Positions 12,530-25,035 of a stretch of 64,000 nucleotides of DNA are shown here, in pieces; position 1 is the stretch's first letter, and each line of letters opens with the position of its first letter. This DNA is from Heteronotia binoei (taxonomy: Eukaryota). The notes under the pieces were generated by a model. The model did no database searches and was not told where the DNA came from. It saw only the letters and a list, made by a program, of their open reading frames with translations. A program made the translations under genes and the position numbers. The stretch is from the NCBI RefSeq assembly GCF_032191835.1, contig NC_083223.1:89962001-90026000 (forward strand). Reading direction: 5' to 3'.

Positions 12530-12795
12530 GAAGCACAATTGAACTCTGAAGCAAGTTCTGGCCATTGCATTTAAAGGGATCAAGTTCCTTTTAAATACCT
12601 TCCCTCCATTGGAAATAATTGAGGATGGGGGCACCTTCTTTTGGGGCTCATAGAATTGACCCCCTAGTCCAATCATTTTAAAGCTGGGGGGGGGGGGTTA
12701 AAGAAGCATCAGCAGCTATTCTGCAAATTTGGTGCCTCTACCTAAAAAAGCACCCCCCCCAAGCCCCTGATGTCCATGGATCAATTCTCCATTAT
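12530..12795. mobile_element. Internal fragment of the same hAT MITE family in inverted orientation
   Basis: Reverse-complement similarity to 11910-12180 (GGATGGGGGCACCTTCTTTTGGGGCT, TTTGGTGCCTCTAC, GGATCAATTCTCCAT). Confidence 0.75.
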
Positions 12796-13100
12796 TGTAC
12801 TGGTGCAGCTTTCCCAGGAGGCATGGGCTGGAGGCATGGGCTGGAATTCAGCAGGGCAGGTCAGAGGCAAGGTTACAGAGAGTAACCAAAGTCCAGTCCA
12901 AAAATCAGTCTAGGGTCATGGAGTTCCAGGCAGCAAGTCCAAGTCCAGTCCAATATTCCAGAAAAAATGGTTGTCAGATCCAGTTCAAGGTTGCAGATGT
13001 CCATTAACAATAATGTTGGTGGCTCAGTAGAAAAACATACTTGTTGCATCAACAAGCTGCTGCTTCTCCCAGCTGAATATATAGTCAGGTCTTAATGAGC
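12795..13100 (-). mobile_element. Possible decayed LTR fragment (Gypsy-like)
   Basis: Short internal repeats (GGAGGCATGGGCT x2, AAGTCCAGTCCA x2) and a TATATA box on the minus strand near 13080. No coding evidence. Confidence 0.3.
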
Positions 13101-13101
13101 T

Positions 13102-13399
13102 AAGGAAAGTAAAGGTCCCCTGTGCAAGCATCAGTCGTTTCTGACTCTGGGGTGACATTGCTTTCACAACATTTTCATGGCAGACTTATTACGGTGTGGA
13201 TTGCCATTGCCTTCCCCAGTCATCTACGCTTCCCCCCCCCCCCCGCAAGCTGAGTACTCATTTTACCAATCTCGGAAGGCTGAGTCAACCTTGAGCCGAC
13301 TACCTGAAAACCCAGCTTCCAGCAGGGATCGAACTCAGGTTGTGAGCAGAGCTTAGGACTGCAGTACTGCAGCTTTAACACACTGCGCCACGGGGCTCT
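13102..13399 (-). mobile_element. Sauria SINE (tRNA-related head, BovB/RTE-like tail)
   Basis: The minus strand reads AGAGCCCCGTGGCGCAGTGTGTTAAAGC...GAGTTCGATCCC...CCCCAGAGTCAGAAACGACTG...GGGGACCTTTAC. Confidence 0.85.
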
Positions 13400-15353
13400 T
13401 CTCCCAGCCAATTCCTTGACAGTCATCTCCAAACCACTCATTCATCTCTGCAATTGACAGCTGATGGTGAGCCATGAATCTTGTACTTCTTCTCTTTGCA
13501 ACTCTAAGCATCTCTGACAACATCAGTACTGCAAGGGTGAGCTAGGTGGGCTGGGAGTGACCTCTAAAGACTTATTTACTGTGTCAGAACTACAAGGCAT
13601 TGGCTCAGTTTCAGCTGTAGGCTGTGACTTCTGATTAGCCTGTAACTTTATCTCTTGTTCTCCTGGCTCAAAACCAGCTACTGCTGGCTGTTCAATTACT
13701 GGCTGATAGCTAACTGCAGATAGTTTTGCAAAAATCTGAGAAATCCTAACCCTCACTCAGCACAGACTGACTTATGAGAATTACACCCTATGGGGAACGG
13801 TGTCCATAGGATATAATGGAGCATGCAGTAGGGATGCAGCTGGCAGCATAGATTCAATGTGAGGCATTGCCCATAGAATGAGTAGGACTGGGTCCCCAGT
13901 AGCAAATGAACGTCTATGAAATTGGAGAAGAAATACGCAGTGATGTGCGGTGCAACTCATGACTGAGGAAGGCATGGCCAAAACCGGTCTCCTATTATTC
14001 TTTCTCCAAGGATTTATTTCCATGAAAAAGAGTATTCTAAGTACTGGAGTCTGGACTGTATCAGAGAATTTTGTATACTGGGACTTTTTGCATTTTTTAT
14101 GTAATTTTGTTGCATTGTGTCTTTAAATAATATTTCTTTAAGAATCTTGTATGTGCTACTCGGATACATTGTAATTTTTTGCCAAATACTTACTGGGTAT
14201 CTTTTGTATTTACCAAACCCAACTAGGGATTGTCAACCCTACTTCCCTAGCACATTGGTGGGAGGCTGGAGTATTTCCATGACTATAGCTTTTCCATGTA
14301 ATATGTGTGAGTAGCCTGTGTCGAGACATTATAAAAGTTTGTGACTAAATGACTGCTGATCATCTTAAAACATAATTCATCTGAATAATCCAATGGGTAC
14401 GCTACTATTCAAAGCTGACAAAAGTTTTTTTCTTTTTCTTTTCCAGTATAAATTTATTTATAACCAGGTGCCTACTCTTGTATTCCATCAGAATACACTA
14501 ACTTTGCATATGTGGATGAACGGATAACTTGATTTTTAGTCTGATAAACCTGCCTATTTGTGGATTCAAAGTGATTAATTGACTGACTGGATTATGGAGA
14601 GTGTATTAGACAAAGGAGATAGAATATAAAGATTATATCTATTGTTAGAACAATACAAATTGATTAAAAAGTTCTGTGAGCCCTTGAAACATGAAGAATA
14701 CTTCTTTTATCATATAGATGTTAAGAAGCCAAAACAAAATTACATTGTATTAAATGTTCAGAATTGGTCATTGCTTGTTCCATTGCTCTGTGAGCAAATG
14801 AAGTCTCAGTACATGCTGTGTTAATTGAATCACTGTTCACTTGGACTTGCCCTGAAAAGAAAGAGGTTTTGGCTAAGGGTTTAATTAGTTTAGCAATTAA
14901 AACCTAAAATAGCAATAATAGTTTTGACTATATATGCATTTTCTGGCAAGGAACCATGCAACCAATTGCAATGGTTGCCAATGCACTTCACGTCCTTCTG
15001 GCTCCACTAGTTTGCTATAAGGAACATCCACTAGTTTCTTAGGGCTGTGAAAAGATTATCCCAAGATTTTTTTTTGCTTGGTTTATTGAAATTTGCTCTG
15101 AATAATGCAGGAATTTCTCATATATGCTGAGGAAAAATCCCAAATGCACTTTGAATTTCACATTAGGTGAAATTTCAGTGGCAAGTTATTTCAATTTTAA
15201 TTTTTTTTCTACTCATTTCCCAGTCTTTCTTTGGCACATCCATAAAATGTATAGTATTTTTTATATCCAACAGTCTATTGATGCAAAAATAGTCCTTCAC
15301 ATTGAAAACAGCTCATTTATATACTGAATCAAGAGATTACTTGAGTTATAAAC

Positions 15354-15544
15354 NNNNNNNNNNNNNNNNNNNNNNNNNNNNNNNNNNNNNNNNNNNNNNN
15401 NNNNNNNNNNNNNNNNNNNNNNNNNNNNNNNNNNNNNNNNNNNNNNNNNNNNNNNNNNNNNNNNNNNNNNNNNNNNNNNNNNNNNNNNNNNNNNNNNNNN
15501 NNNNNNNNNNNNNNNNNNNNNNNNNNNNNNNNNNNNNNNNNNNN
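15354..15544. other. Assembly gap (N run)
   Basis: Run of N. Confidence 1.
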
Positions 15545-15690
15545 TAGAAAAATAGGTGGTGGAGCTCATCCAGAGACTGTTATGCAGCTGCACATACTAT
15601 TCTATGAACAAGGAGGTGGAACTCTCAGAAGGATGCAGGAGCTGTGCTCCTGTGAGCTCTCACTGAATCTGAGGCCTGATCATCATCACT

Positions 15691-17240
15691 ATCTGTCTGT
15701 CTGTCTGTCTCTTTTATTTTATTTTAATTATTTTATTGCATTTATATCCTGTCCTCCCCTAACGGGCTCAGGAAGGCTAACAACAGTTAAGACAACATAA
15801 TGTTAAGATCAAGGTACAATAAAATCATTAAACATTTCGGCAGTTCATGCAATTTAAAATATGTAGTACAGTTTCAGGCTCACTCACTGGGATCCAGATG
15901 TCGGGTTTTAATTCTTATTGAGAGCTGCATATAATGATGTTATAAGATAGGGGTGGCCAACGGTAGCTCTCCAGATGTTTTTTGCCTACAACTCCCATCA
16001 GCCCCAGCCATTGGCCATGCTGGTTGGGGCTGATGGGAGTTGTAGGCAAAAAACATCTGGAGAGCTACTGTTGGCCACCCCTGTTATAAGATGTTATTTG
16101 GCACTCTGGATTTGTACTGGGATGGTTCAGGTGTCAATGCTGTGGGATGGTGGAATAGTTTAAACAATTCTGTCTTACAGGCCCTGTGGAATAGTGGCAA
16201 GTTCTGTAGGGCCCTGATGTTTTTGAGGAGGGTGTTCCACATGGCAGGGACTGTCACTAAAAAGGCTCTTGCTCAAGTGGTGGCCAGCCATGCTTCTTTT
16301 GGCCTGGGGATCATGATTGGAGTGCTCTCTGAGACTCATATGGGGAGAGGCAGTCCCAGAGGTAGACTGGATCCAGGCCATATAGGGCTTTAAAGGTCAT
16401 AACCAGCACCTTGAAGCGAATTCGAATGCCACAGGCAACAATTCAGGTGTAGGTTGAATGTGCTCCCATAAAGGTAGCTCCATTAGCAACCTAGCTGCTG
16501 CATTTTGCACCAGTTGCAGCTTCTGAATCTGCATCATGGGCAGCCCCATGTAGGGGGTGTTACATTAGTCTATTCTCGAGGTGACCATTGCATGGATCAC
16601 TGTTGCCAAGTCGCTGCGTTCTGTGTATGGGGTCAACTGCCTTATCCATCTAAGATGATAAAATGCAGATTTGGCAGTGGCTGCTACCTGGGGCTCCATA
16701 GTTAATGAAGGCTCCGGGAGCACCCCTAGGCTCTTGACCCTAGAAGCTGGCGCTAAAGGCACCCCATCAAAAGTCAGTAGAGGGATCTCCCTTTCCAGAC
16801 CGCTGCGGCTTAAGCATAGGACCTCCATCTTTGTTGGATTCAATTTCAGTTGACTCTGCCTGAGCCATTTCACTATGGCTTGTAATGCCAGGTCCATATT
16901 TTCTGGGGCATAACCAGCCCGCCCCCCCCCCCATCAATAGATACAGCTGGGTGCATTTGCATACTGATGGCATCCCAGCCTGAATCTCCAGACAAGGGGG
17001 CAAGGAAGTGCATGGAAATGTTAAATAACATTTGGGAGAGAACTGCCGCTTGGGGCACACCACATACAAGTGGGTACCTTCGGGACGACTGATCCCCTAT
17101 AGCCACCCTTTGTCCCCAGCCATGGAGAAAAGAGGTAATCCATTGAAGGGCAGACCCCTGTATCCCCATGTTTGTGAGGTGGTGAGATAGTAGCTGGTGG
17201 TTAACTGTATCTAATGTAGCCAACAGATCTAATAGCAACA
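15691..17240 (-). mobile_element. Decayed L2 LINE 3' portion (RT plus 3'UTR)
   Basis: ORF pieces 16873-17250 (LLLDLLATLDTVNH, CGVPQAAVLSQMLFNI) and 16565-16897 (LKLNPTKMEVL...VKSLGV) are homologous to the 868-aa L2 ORF2. L2-type tail TTTATATCCTGTCCTCCCC..GGCTCAGG next to (TCTG)n. Confidence 0.85.
15948..16083. mobile_element. Hairpin hAT MITE (136 bp) inserted in the L2 3'UTR
   Basis: Near-perfect ~55-bp arms (AGGGGTGGCCAAC.GTAGCTCTCCAGATGTTTTTTGCCTACAACTCCCATCAGCCCC and its reverse complement). Perfect 8-bp TSD TTATAAGA (15940-15947, 16084-16091). Confidence 0.92.
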
Positions 17241-17330
17241 ACACTGCCAAACTGCCTCAGTCCCAGATGTCCATTAGTGTGACCAGTACCATCTCCGTCC
17301 CATGTCCCAGGTGGAAGCTGGGATGAAATG

Positions 17331-17513
17331 NNNNNNNNNNNNNNNNNNNNNNNNNNNNNNNNNNNNNNNNNNNNNNNNNNNNNNNNNNNNNNNNNNNNNN
17401 NNNNNNNNNNNNNNNNNNNNNNNNNNNNNNNNNNNNNNNNNNNNNNNNNNNNNNNNNNNNNNNNNNNNNNNNNNNNNNNNNNNNNNNNNNNNNNNNNNNN
17501 NNNNNNNNNNNNN
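17331..17513. other. Assembly gap (N run)
   Basis: Run of N. Confidence 1.
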
Positions 17514-18282
17514 GGGGACAGGCTGGAAAACTGGGCTAAAACCAATAAAATGAATTTTAACGGGGATAAATGTAAAGTTCTGCATTTAGGTAGGAAAAAT
17601 CCAATGCATAGTTATAGGATGGGGGAGACTTGTCTTAGCAGTAGTATGTGTGGAAAGGATCTAGGGGTCTTAGTGGATCATATGCTGAACGTAAGTCAAC
17701 AGTGTGATGCGGTGGCTAAAAAGGCAAATGCAATTTTGGACTATATCAACAGAAGTATAGTGTCCAGATCACAGGATGTGATAGTATCGCTTTACTTTGC
17801 TCTGGTAAGATCTCACCTGGAGTATTGTGCTGAGTTTTGGGCACCACATTTTAAGAAGGATATAGACAAGCTGGAACAGGTCCAGAGAAGGATGACAAAG
17901 ATGGCGAGGGGTCTGGAGACCAAGTCCTATGAGGAAGGTTGAAAGTACTTGAAGAGCTGTCATCTAGAAGACGGTGTGGAATTGTTTTCTGTGGCCCCAG
18001 AAGGTAGGACCAGAACCAATGGGTTGAAATTAAATCAAAAGAGTTTCCAGCTCAACATTAGGAAGAATTTCCTGACCGTTAGTGCAATTCCTCAGTAGAA
18101 CAGGCTTCCTCAAGAGGTGGTGGGTTCTCCTTCCTTGGAGGTTTTTAAACAGAGGCTAAATGGCCATCTGGCAGTGATGAAGATCCTGTGAATTTGGGGT
18201 AGGTATTTGTGGGTTTCCTGTATTGTGCAGGGGGTTGGACTGGATGACCCTGGAGGTCCCTTCCAAGTCTATGATTCTATGA
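17514..18282 (+). mobile_element. CR1 LINE 3' part (ORF2 C-terminus plus 3' tail)
   Basis: Translation DRLENWAKTNKMNFNGDKCKVLHLG...KDLGVLVD...LYFALVRSHLEYC..WAPHFKKDIDKLEQVQRR is typical of CR1 ORF2. It ends in GTCCCTTCCAAGTCTATGATTCTATGA. Confidence 0.92.
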
Positions 18283-18470
18283 CTCAAGGCAGCTTACGTG
18301 ATTCTTTTCTCCTCCATTTTATCCTCACAATAACCCTGTGAAGTAGGGCAGGCTGAGAATGTGTGACTGGTCCAAGGTCACCTAGCAAACTCCCATGGTA
18401 GCAGCAGGGGTTAAGACCTGGATCTCTCAGATGCTAGTCGAACACTCTTAACCACTATACCATACTGGCT
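18283..18470 (-). mobile_element. Old MIR-like SINE
   Basis: TTTATCCTCACAATAACCCTGTGAAGTAGG...CCAAGGTCAC...CTCTTAACCACTATACC. Similar copies lie at ~43150-43350 and ~62020-62210. Confidence 0.75.
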
Positions 18471-18843
18471 CCTGGTGTGCAGTAAGAATGCATATGCGTT
18501 TAAACATGTACAGTAAAAAAATAACCATTAGAACAAATTAAAAGAACCAGAAGACTCACTTGCCAAATGCTGGAAGAATAGAAATCTGATAATTTTTCCA
18601 GAAAGTCAAAAGGAAAGTGGCCTTTTTTGCTTGTTCCCAAAAGAAATTCTATAACACTGGAGCTATTGCAGGCCCACATTCTCATTGCCATATCTCTCCC
18701 CTGTCAGGTAGATGGAGCCACTGAAAGGCACTGTTGTTCTGACCTAAGCATTGGAGAGTGTAACCATTGTAGTTACTTTCTGCATGCTAAGCAGATGCTC
18801 TACCACAGAGCAATGACCCTTCCCACAAAGGAGTAGTAAGGAA

Positions 18844-19011
18844 TAGGGTTGCCAATTCCATCTTGGGAAATTTCTAAAGGAGAGGGGATGGGAGGGCAGT
18901 TTTGGAAGGGAGATCAACAGCAATGGGATACCATGGAGTCTGTCCTCTAAAGCTGCCATTCCCTCCAGAAGAACTTACCTTTGTAAACAGGAGATCGGTA
19001 GTAATTCTGGG
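18844..19011. mobile_element. Partial TAGGGTTGCCA-type hAT MITE
   Basis: Starts TAGGGTTGCCAA. The body matches the reverse complement of 41532-41729. Confidence 0.55.
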
Positions 19012-19078
19012 CTGAGGATGAGACTAGTTACTTTTGTCAGAAGAGGGATGAGACAGCCTGAGTTGTTGGAATGCTGAT

Positions 19079-19372
19079 TAGAGATGGTCATGATCTGGCT
19101 CATGATCCGTTGTTCATGACTAATTTTTGGTTCATTGGTTCATTGTTCATGAACTGAAGTTTGGGGTTCGGAACATTGCTCAGCTGTTTGGTTTAAATGA
19201 GGCTATTTAACCTCCTGCTTTCTGCTCCCCATGAAAAACAGCAGGGATCAGAAAGCAGGGTTCATGAACTCATATGAACTAATTCAGTTCATGAACCAGC
19301 CTCCTAGTTCATATAGGTTCATGGTTTGGTTCATGAACATAACTGCAAAAATGTGGTTCATGCCCATCCCTA
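19079..19372. mobile_element. hAT MITE (294 bp) rich in GTTCATGAAC palindromes
   Basis: TIRs TAGAGATGGTCATGA / TCATGCCCATCCCTA and a perfect 8-bp TSD ATGCTGAT (19071-19078, 19373-19380). Confidence 0.9.
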
Positions 19373-22300
19373 ATGCTGATAACATTCATTCTAGTGGATC
19401 TGATGCCACAATGTTAGACGGTGAGTGGACACATATGGGAAGAAATATATGGCCCCCAGGTTGTGAAGACTTTAAAAGTTAAAATCAGCATCCTGAGTTG
19501 AACCCACAACCAGTAATGTTGTGTGTGTTGTGCGTGTCACCCAACAACAAAATTTTGGGTGTTCGATAATAGCTTGTTAGTTGTCTTCAAGAATAGATTA
19601 ATCCATTTTCATTGTCTTTATACTTCGAATGAATTACTTATTAAACATATTAAATGTGATGTTCTTTGCATCACATTTTGTTAACTCTGTTTTATGCCAT
19701 TTCTACAGAAAAATCAGCAAAGTAAACAAACTATGTTTCTGTTACCTATATAGATTCTGTCAAACAATCCAATTGGTCTGAAGATTGGATATAACTTGCA
19801 AAATGGCTACAATGTCATGAACTAATGATGATGTTGTTTCTGAAATTTTCTGTTTACAGATTATTAATTTACCATTCACACAAGAACTTAATTATATGTG
19901 CACCAAAAAATTACTTAAAAGTGCCTAGGTTCTCAAGCTATGTGGAAAATTGCCTCTGCGAGAGTGTAGGTCTCCAGAAAGGAATTTAAAGTCCAGAGAA
20001 GAAGACCTTAAGGCCAGTCAAGTGTTCCTCCCTGCCTCTCTTCTAAGAACTGAGTTGTTTGAATTACCTCAGACAGAAGACTGTTGTTAATTTCTGTTGG
20101 ATTTGTGAATGTTAATTGCTCCATCCTGATCTGAAAAGAACATAAGCAGAGCTTCTGCTTTACTATAACGAAGTTTCCCTTTACACTGTTTTAGAATATG
20201 TTCAGAGATATCATGTTCTGTTCCTCTTCTAAAGTCAGATTTAGATCACAGCACCAATGGACAGAAGCATGAGGCTGTGTGCATACAAGTGCATGAACAA
20301 TCTCCATATGCTAACCTTTAGAAACAATAAGAAAAGAAGACAGATTAAGGGGTGTGTGTGTGTGGAGTTCAGAACGTTAGCGAGACGGCATGTATATGGG
20401 TGTGCATTTCTGTTTGTGCTGTAAATAGTGTCACCTAATCCTTTGACCTGAAAGACTTGTAAAACATATGCAGAAAAGAGGTGTTTTGGTAATCACAATT
20501 GACATTGAGGTTACATTTCCAGATGTACAGCTAATGAACTAAGAAGTCAGCAAAGATGTGTGAAGTGATTATTGTGTGGAATAGTGTACATCATTTAAAA
20601 TACTGCTGTGGCTTGCAGAGAACCAAGGAAAAGGGGCATTAGGAAATAGTGCTTAATTTTCACGATAAAAGTATCGGAACTGAAGCTTGACTCAAATCGC
20701 TGACACTAGCCTGGCCTGGCAAACCTTTCACCTCATTCTAGGTATATATGGCATGGCTGGTACAAATGCCACTACAACAGTGTATTCCTCCTTTTTTCTA
20801 ACTCCTAATACTACAATTGAAAATGTTCCATGTGTAAGTGCAAACAGGTGACCAGACAAACTGTGGTCTGTTTCGCTTAGATGCTGCTATTATAGCACTA
20901 GATGCAGAAGGAAGGAAAGGAGAGAAAACAAAGAAGAGAGAGACCTCCAGAGAGGGGTGGCACTGTCATTATTGCTATGCTCCTGCCACCATTAGGTAAA
21001 ACAGGAGGGGAAGAATGTGGTGGGGAGGAAAAGGTTCTGGAACTTTTGTGTTGGGGGCGGGACTAATCTACTGTTGTTGTGGTCCTGATGAAATCAGAAA
21101 TATAATGGGAACCAAATTTTGGAATCTTGCTTCAAACAAATGTGTTCACTATATGCCAAGGGGCAAAGTGAGACTTATATTGAGCAGAGCAAGAAGCCTC
21201 GTTTCCTATTCAAGGCTACTTCTCTGACTAGGAGGAGATGGGAAATACTGTTGTTTTGACTGACACATTGCAAAACCAGAGTGAAAGGAAAGTATTGCTC
21301 TTCTTGCTGTTCTATCCAACCCTCTTGCAGCAAAGAATTGCACCAATTAAAAAAAATTAATACCTTCAGGAACTTGAGTTACAATTATATTAAAGCAATA
21401 TTGATTATTTAAATATGTTTTCCTCTGTGGGAAGATTTAGAATCAGCCACACAATCCTATTAAAATAAATTCTTGTTTCTTAATTATATCCATGCTAGTA
21501 AATTATGTAATTTCCTATGGGAATACAATTAAGGAACTCACTGTTGACACTTCAGTTTGCTACTCATTGGCTGAACCTTTCCAGTGCCCAGTCCTGAATG
21601 CAATGTGAAGATAGCCCCACTGAAATAATCAGGCCATGCTTCATGCTGTATATTTATGATGAAGGCACACATTTACTTGCAGTACATTTGCAAGCTACCT
21701 TCATGTGTTCACATAAGGATGTGCATAGTTCACCCAGGAATCCTTTGGTTCAACTGTATCTGGTCCTGGTGTGAGAGAAAGTCTCAGGTGTAAAGGAGTC
21801 ATAACAGAATGGCCAGGGTAAAACTGAAGCAGCTGGAAGTGATCCAGCGGGGTTGGTCACATATTGGGGTGGGTGGATTTCTCATTTCTGGGCAGAGCAA
21901 GAAGACAGGCACTGAATCACAATCTTTCACAACTAGCGTAAGGCAGAAGGCAAAGTGCTTCTTAATGTGCCATTTCTTAATAAAAAGAGGTACTCAACAA
22001 GGGTCAAAAATTGAATGTCAGTGGTCTGTGTTGTGCAAGAGACCCAGAAATTGCTCCTTAACAGAGAAATCATTGGCAGAAATGCTGTGTGCAGAAACGA
22101 AGCCTATTGGTGCAATCCTCTTTGACAGTAAGATCAGTGCTGGTTTGTCAACTCATGTGCTTGCTACTTCCATTTTTTATTCATTCCCTTTGTTTCCTAC
22201 TTCTGCCCCCCCCCCCAAAAAAAACATGCTATGCCACATTCCTCAGGCGACAGGCACCACAATACAGAGGATTAAGAATCTTCCCTTATTATATTCTAAC

Positions 22301-24490
22301 ACAGTAAATTTTCCAATTTTTTTTAACTACAATAATGATATTGAAGAATGCCATTTCAATTACTTTATCCAAATGCATACTGATAGTTCTTTCCTTGTTT
22401 GCTTCTCTACATACAGACTAAGCCAGGGTAATCATGCTGTGGCTCTAAGGCAAGGAATGGTCAGCTTTGCTTCTGTCCTGAACATCACAATCTCCTGCTT
22501 TTGTCCTGCCATTCTTATGTAGACCCCATGAAACTGTAGTTACACTGAAGATAAAATGCTGGATGACTGTGTGAGGAGTGAATGCAACTTTCTGATCTTT
22601 AGTTGAGGACAGAATTCTGGCACAATGAACAGTGATCGCAGCAGTGGAGGTATTACAGCTCATTGCAATCATGGGGAGTTCAATTGGGGATCAAGCTGGA
22701 ATTTAACAAGCTTCACATTGCTACTATTAGCATCCATTTTTGGCAGTAACTTGCAAGCTTTTCTATAGTGTTCTGTTTTCACTCCCCTGCATATTTATCC
22801 ATTTTCCCATGCATCTATTGAAGAATTTTTTTAGATATAATTTTCCCTTCTTGAACTACCTTTCTTACACTTTTGCAAGAGGCACCAGTGCTCTCCAGGC
22901 ATTCTACATAACTGTCATGCAAACATAGTTTCAGGATGAGCTGTGTACAAGAGTAGAATCAAAGTACAGATTTGTAATCTTTTCTTGGATTACAGGAAGA
23001 TGTGTGGTCTACATACATATATCCATGATACAGTAAAATGTTGCTTAAAAACCAAGCCACAAAGCATTTCTTTTTCTAATTTTATTACTCTAAACTAAGC
23101 TAGCATGAGAACCTGAAAATCTGCAAAATCCCTCCATTAATTGTGTTTCTAAAATATTTTCTCTTCCCAATACACACACAAACACACCCAACAGTACTAT
23201 GAGAGCATGATTGCTTATCTCTATTATTACATTTATCTTCACTTGTGAGAAGAGATATAATAATTCACTTGTGGCTACGGCACTTGTGAATTATCTGTCT
23301 TCACAAGAGGAGATATATGTCATAAGAGAGATCAGTTTCTATGTGTTTTTTCCCTTGCATTCAGGGGATTTATTACAGGGTTATTGGTATTTATCTTGAT
23401 GAGATACAGATTACTTCCTCATGGGTAATGAGGGGATCCTGTTGTGTGCAGATAAATTCCATGTTGTTAGAACAGCTTGGAAATTTCTTATATGTTTTCT
23501 CTGTAAAATCAATTTTTGATTTTAAATCAAAACATGGGCTGTAATTCTAAACAGGTTCTACTAAAAAAAAGTCCCATGTTGTTCAACAGGGCTTACTCAA
23601 AGGAAATTGTCCTTAGGATGGCACAGACAGACTCCTAGACAATGACCATGGGTCACACAGAATTGAAGCAAAATACATGTTGTAGTTGTCATGGACATAC
23701 ACCTAAATGAGAATATTTTGAATAGCTTATTTTCCGCTCCCACTGTGGCCCACTGACCTGTCCCCCATTTATTTCCTAGGTGTCAGTAGTCAGCACAAGG
23801 AGCAAGGGGAGATCTACTTTAGAAGTGGAATTCAGTAGAGTTTTGCTGCCCCTTCTTCAAAAGTGCCAGTTCAGAACTGTATGGCTGAAAACATGATAAG
23901 GCCAGTGTTACTATTATGGAAGAGGGGCTGCCTAATGCATTTGTCGGAGAATGTGGAAGAAAAGTACCTACTTGGTGCAACTGTAAATACAGTCCCCAGC
24001 TTTCAGGGTCAAATCTGGAGCCTAATGGCCTGAGTCTGGAAACTGGCCAAATAACTGGGATTGTCTTCAGACACAGATGGGAACAGAAACATGTGACTTC
24101 AGTCTCTCTTATTGGCAGGCAGTATGAAGACTGGATGTAGATACTAGGAGCCTGATCTTCTTTCTTTAATTGGTCAACAGAGCAGCACATTCTTTTTGCC
24201 AGATGCATATCTATCTCTAACTCTTCCATCTTCAACTTCCCATGGCTTAAACCTCTCTGATGAATAATTTAATGAATGAGAGCATGGTGTAGTGGTTACA
24301 GAGTGTCAGACTAACTTCTGGGACATGAAGGTTTGAATCTTCACTCTGCCACAGGATTTGGGAATATCAGGAAATAGCAATATTTTTTGTGTTCAATATA
24401 CCTGAACCTGAAAAATATCAATTTCATTATGCACAGGCCTTTTGGCCACTACACTACTAATCTCTAGTTCCAGAACATGCACATGACACG

Positions 24491-25035
24491 TGTAGAGTAG
24501 TAACCTGGGACTCTAACCCAGACCTGGGACTTTAACCCAGAAAGAACTGTCCCTCTGACAGAAAATACTCACACGTTTGGGTCCAGCAAGGATCGTTTAT
24601 TGAAAAAGCATGGATTGCAATGCATGGAGAGTTGAGAGCAGTAAGATCCACCCAGCAACTCTAACTCTGTGTCGCAGCACAGCTTAATATATAGTCTATG
24701 CAAAAAAACCCTAAAACCTGTGAGATCCTCCAATAAGAAGATCCCCTCCCATTCTAAACTAAACAGCACCGCGCATGTCTAAGCTAGGAGTACATTTCCC
24801 CCCCTCCCAAGTTTCCCCTTTATCTTATCTCTTCGCATACCGACCTAGGTAGTGACCTGGTACAAGACTCTTTGCACAGTTTTTCTACAGCTTCAGCACA
24901 TTCCTTTCCTCAGACTAGAGAGAAACAAAGGGGCCCTCTCTCACACACAGATAGATTAAATAGTACCAGCCCCATACTGATCCTTGCGGGACCCCACTGG
25001 CTTACTTCCATTGTGAGAATTTATGTACTACCATA
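24491..25035 (-). mobile_element. Solo LTR (ERV-like), boundaries approximate
   Basis: The minus strand has TATATATTAAGCTGTGCTGCGACACAG (24667-24693), then AATAAA (~24596-24601). The motif is shared with the LTRs at 45.4 kb and 61.1 kb. Confidence 0.6.

Noticed and set aside
14470-14535. Possible terminal exon AYSCIPSEYTNFAYVDERIT*
   Set aside because: The peptide is not recognised and no upstream partner exon was found. Support is insufficient.
15297-17942. ORFs containing long X runs
   Set aside because: They are artefacts of translating across N gaps. Only the CR1 part after 17513 is real.
21809-22522. 237-aa plus-strand ORF
   Set aside because: It has no recognisable domain, includes a poly-C/poly-A run and has random composition. 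It is probably a chance ORF.
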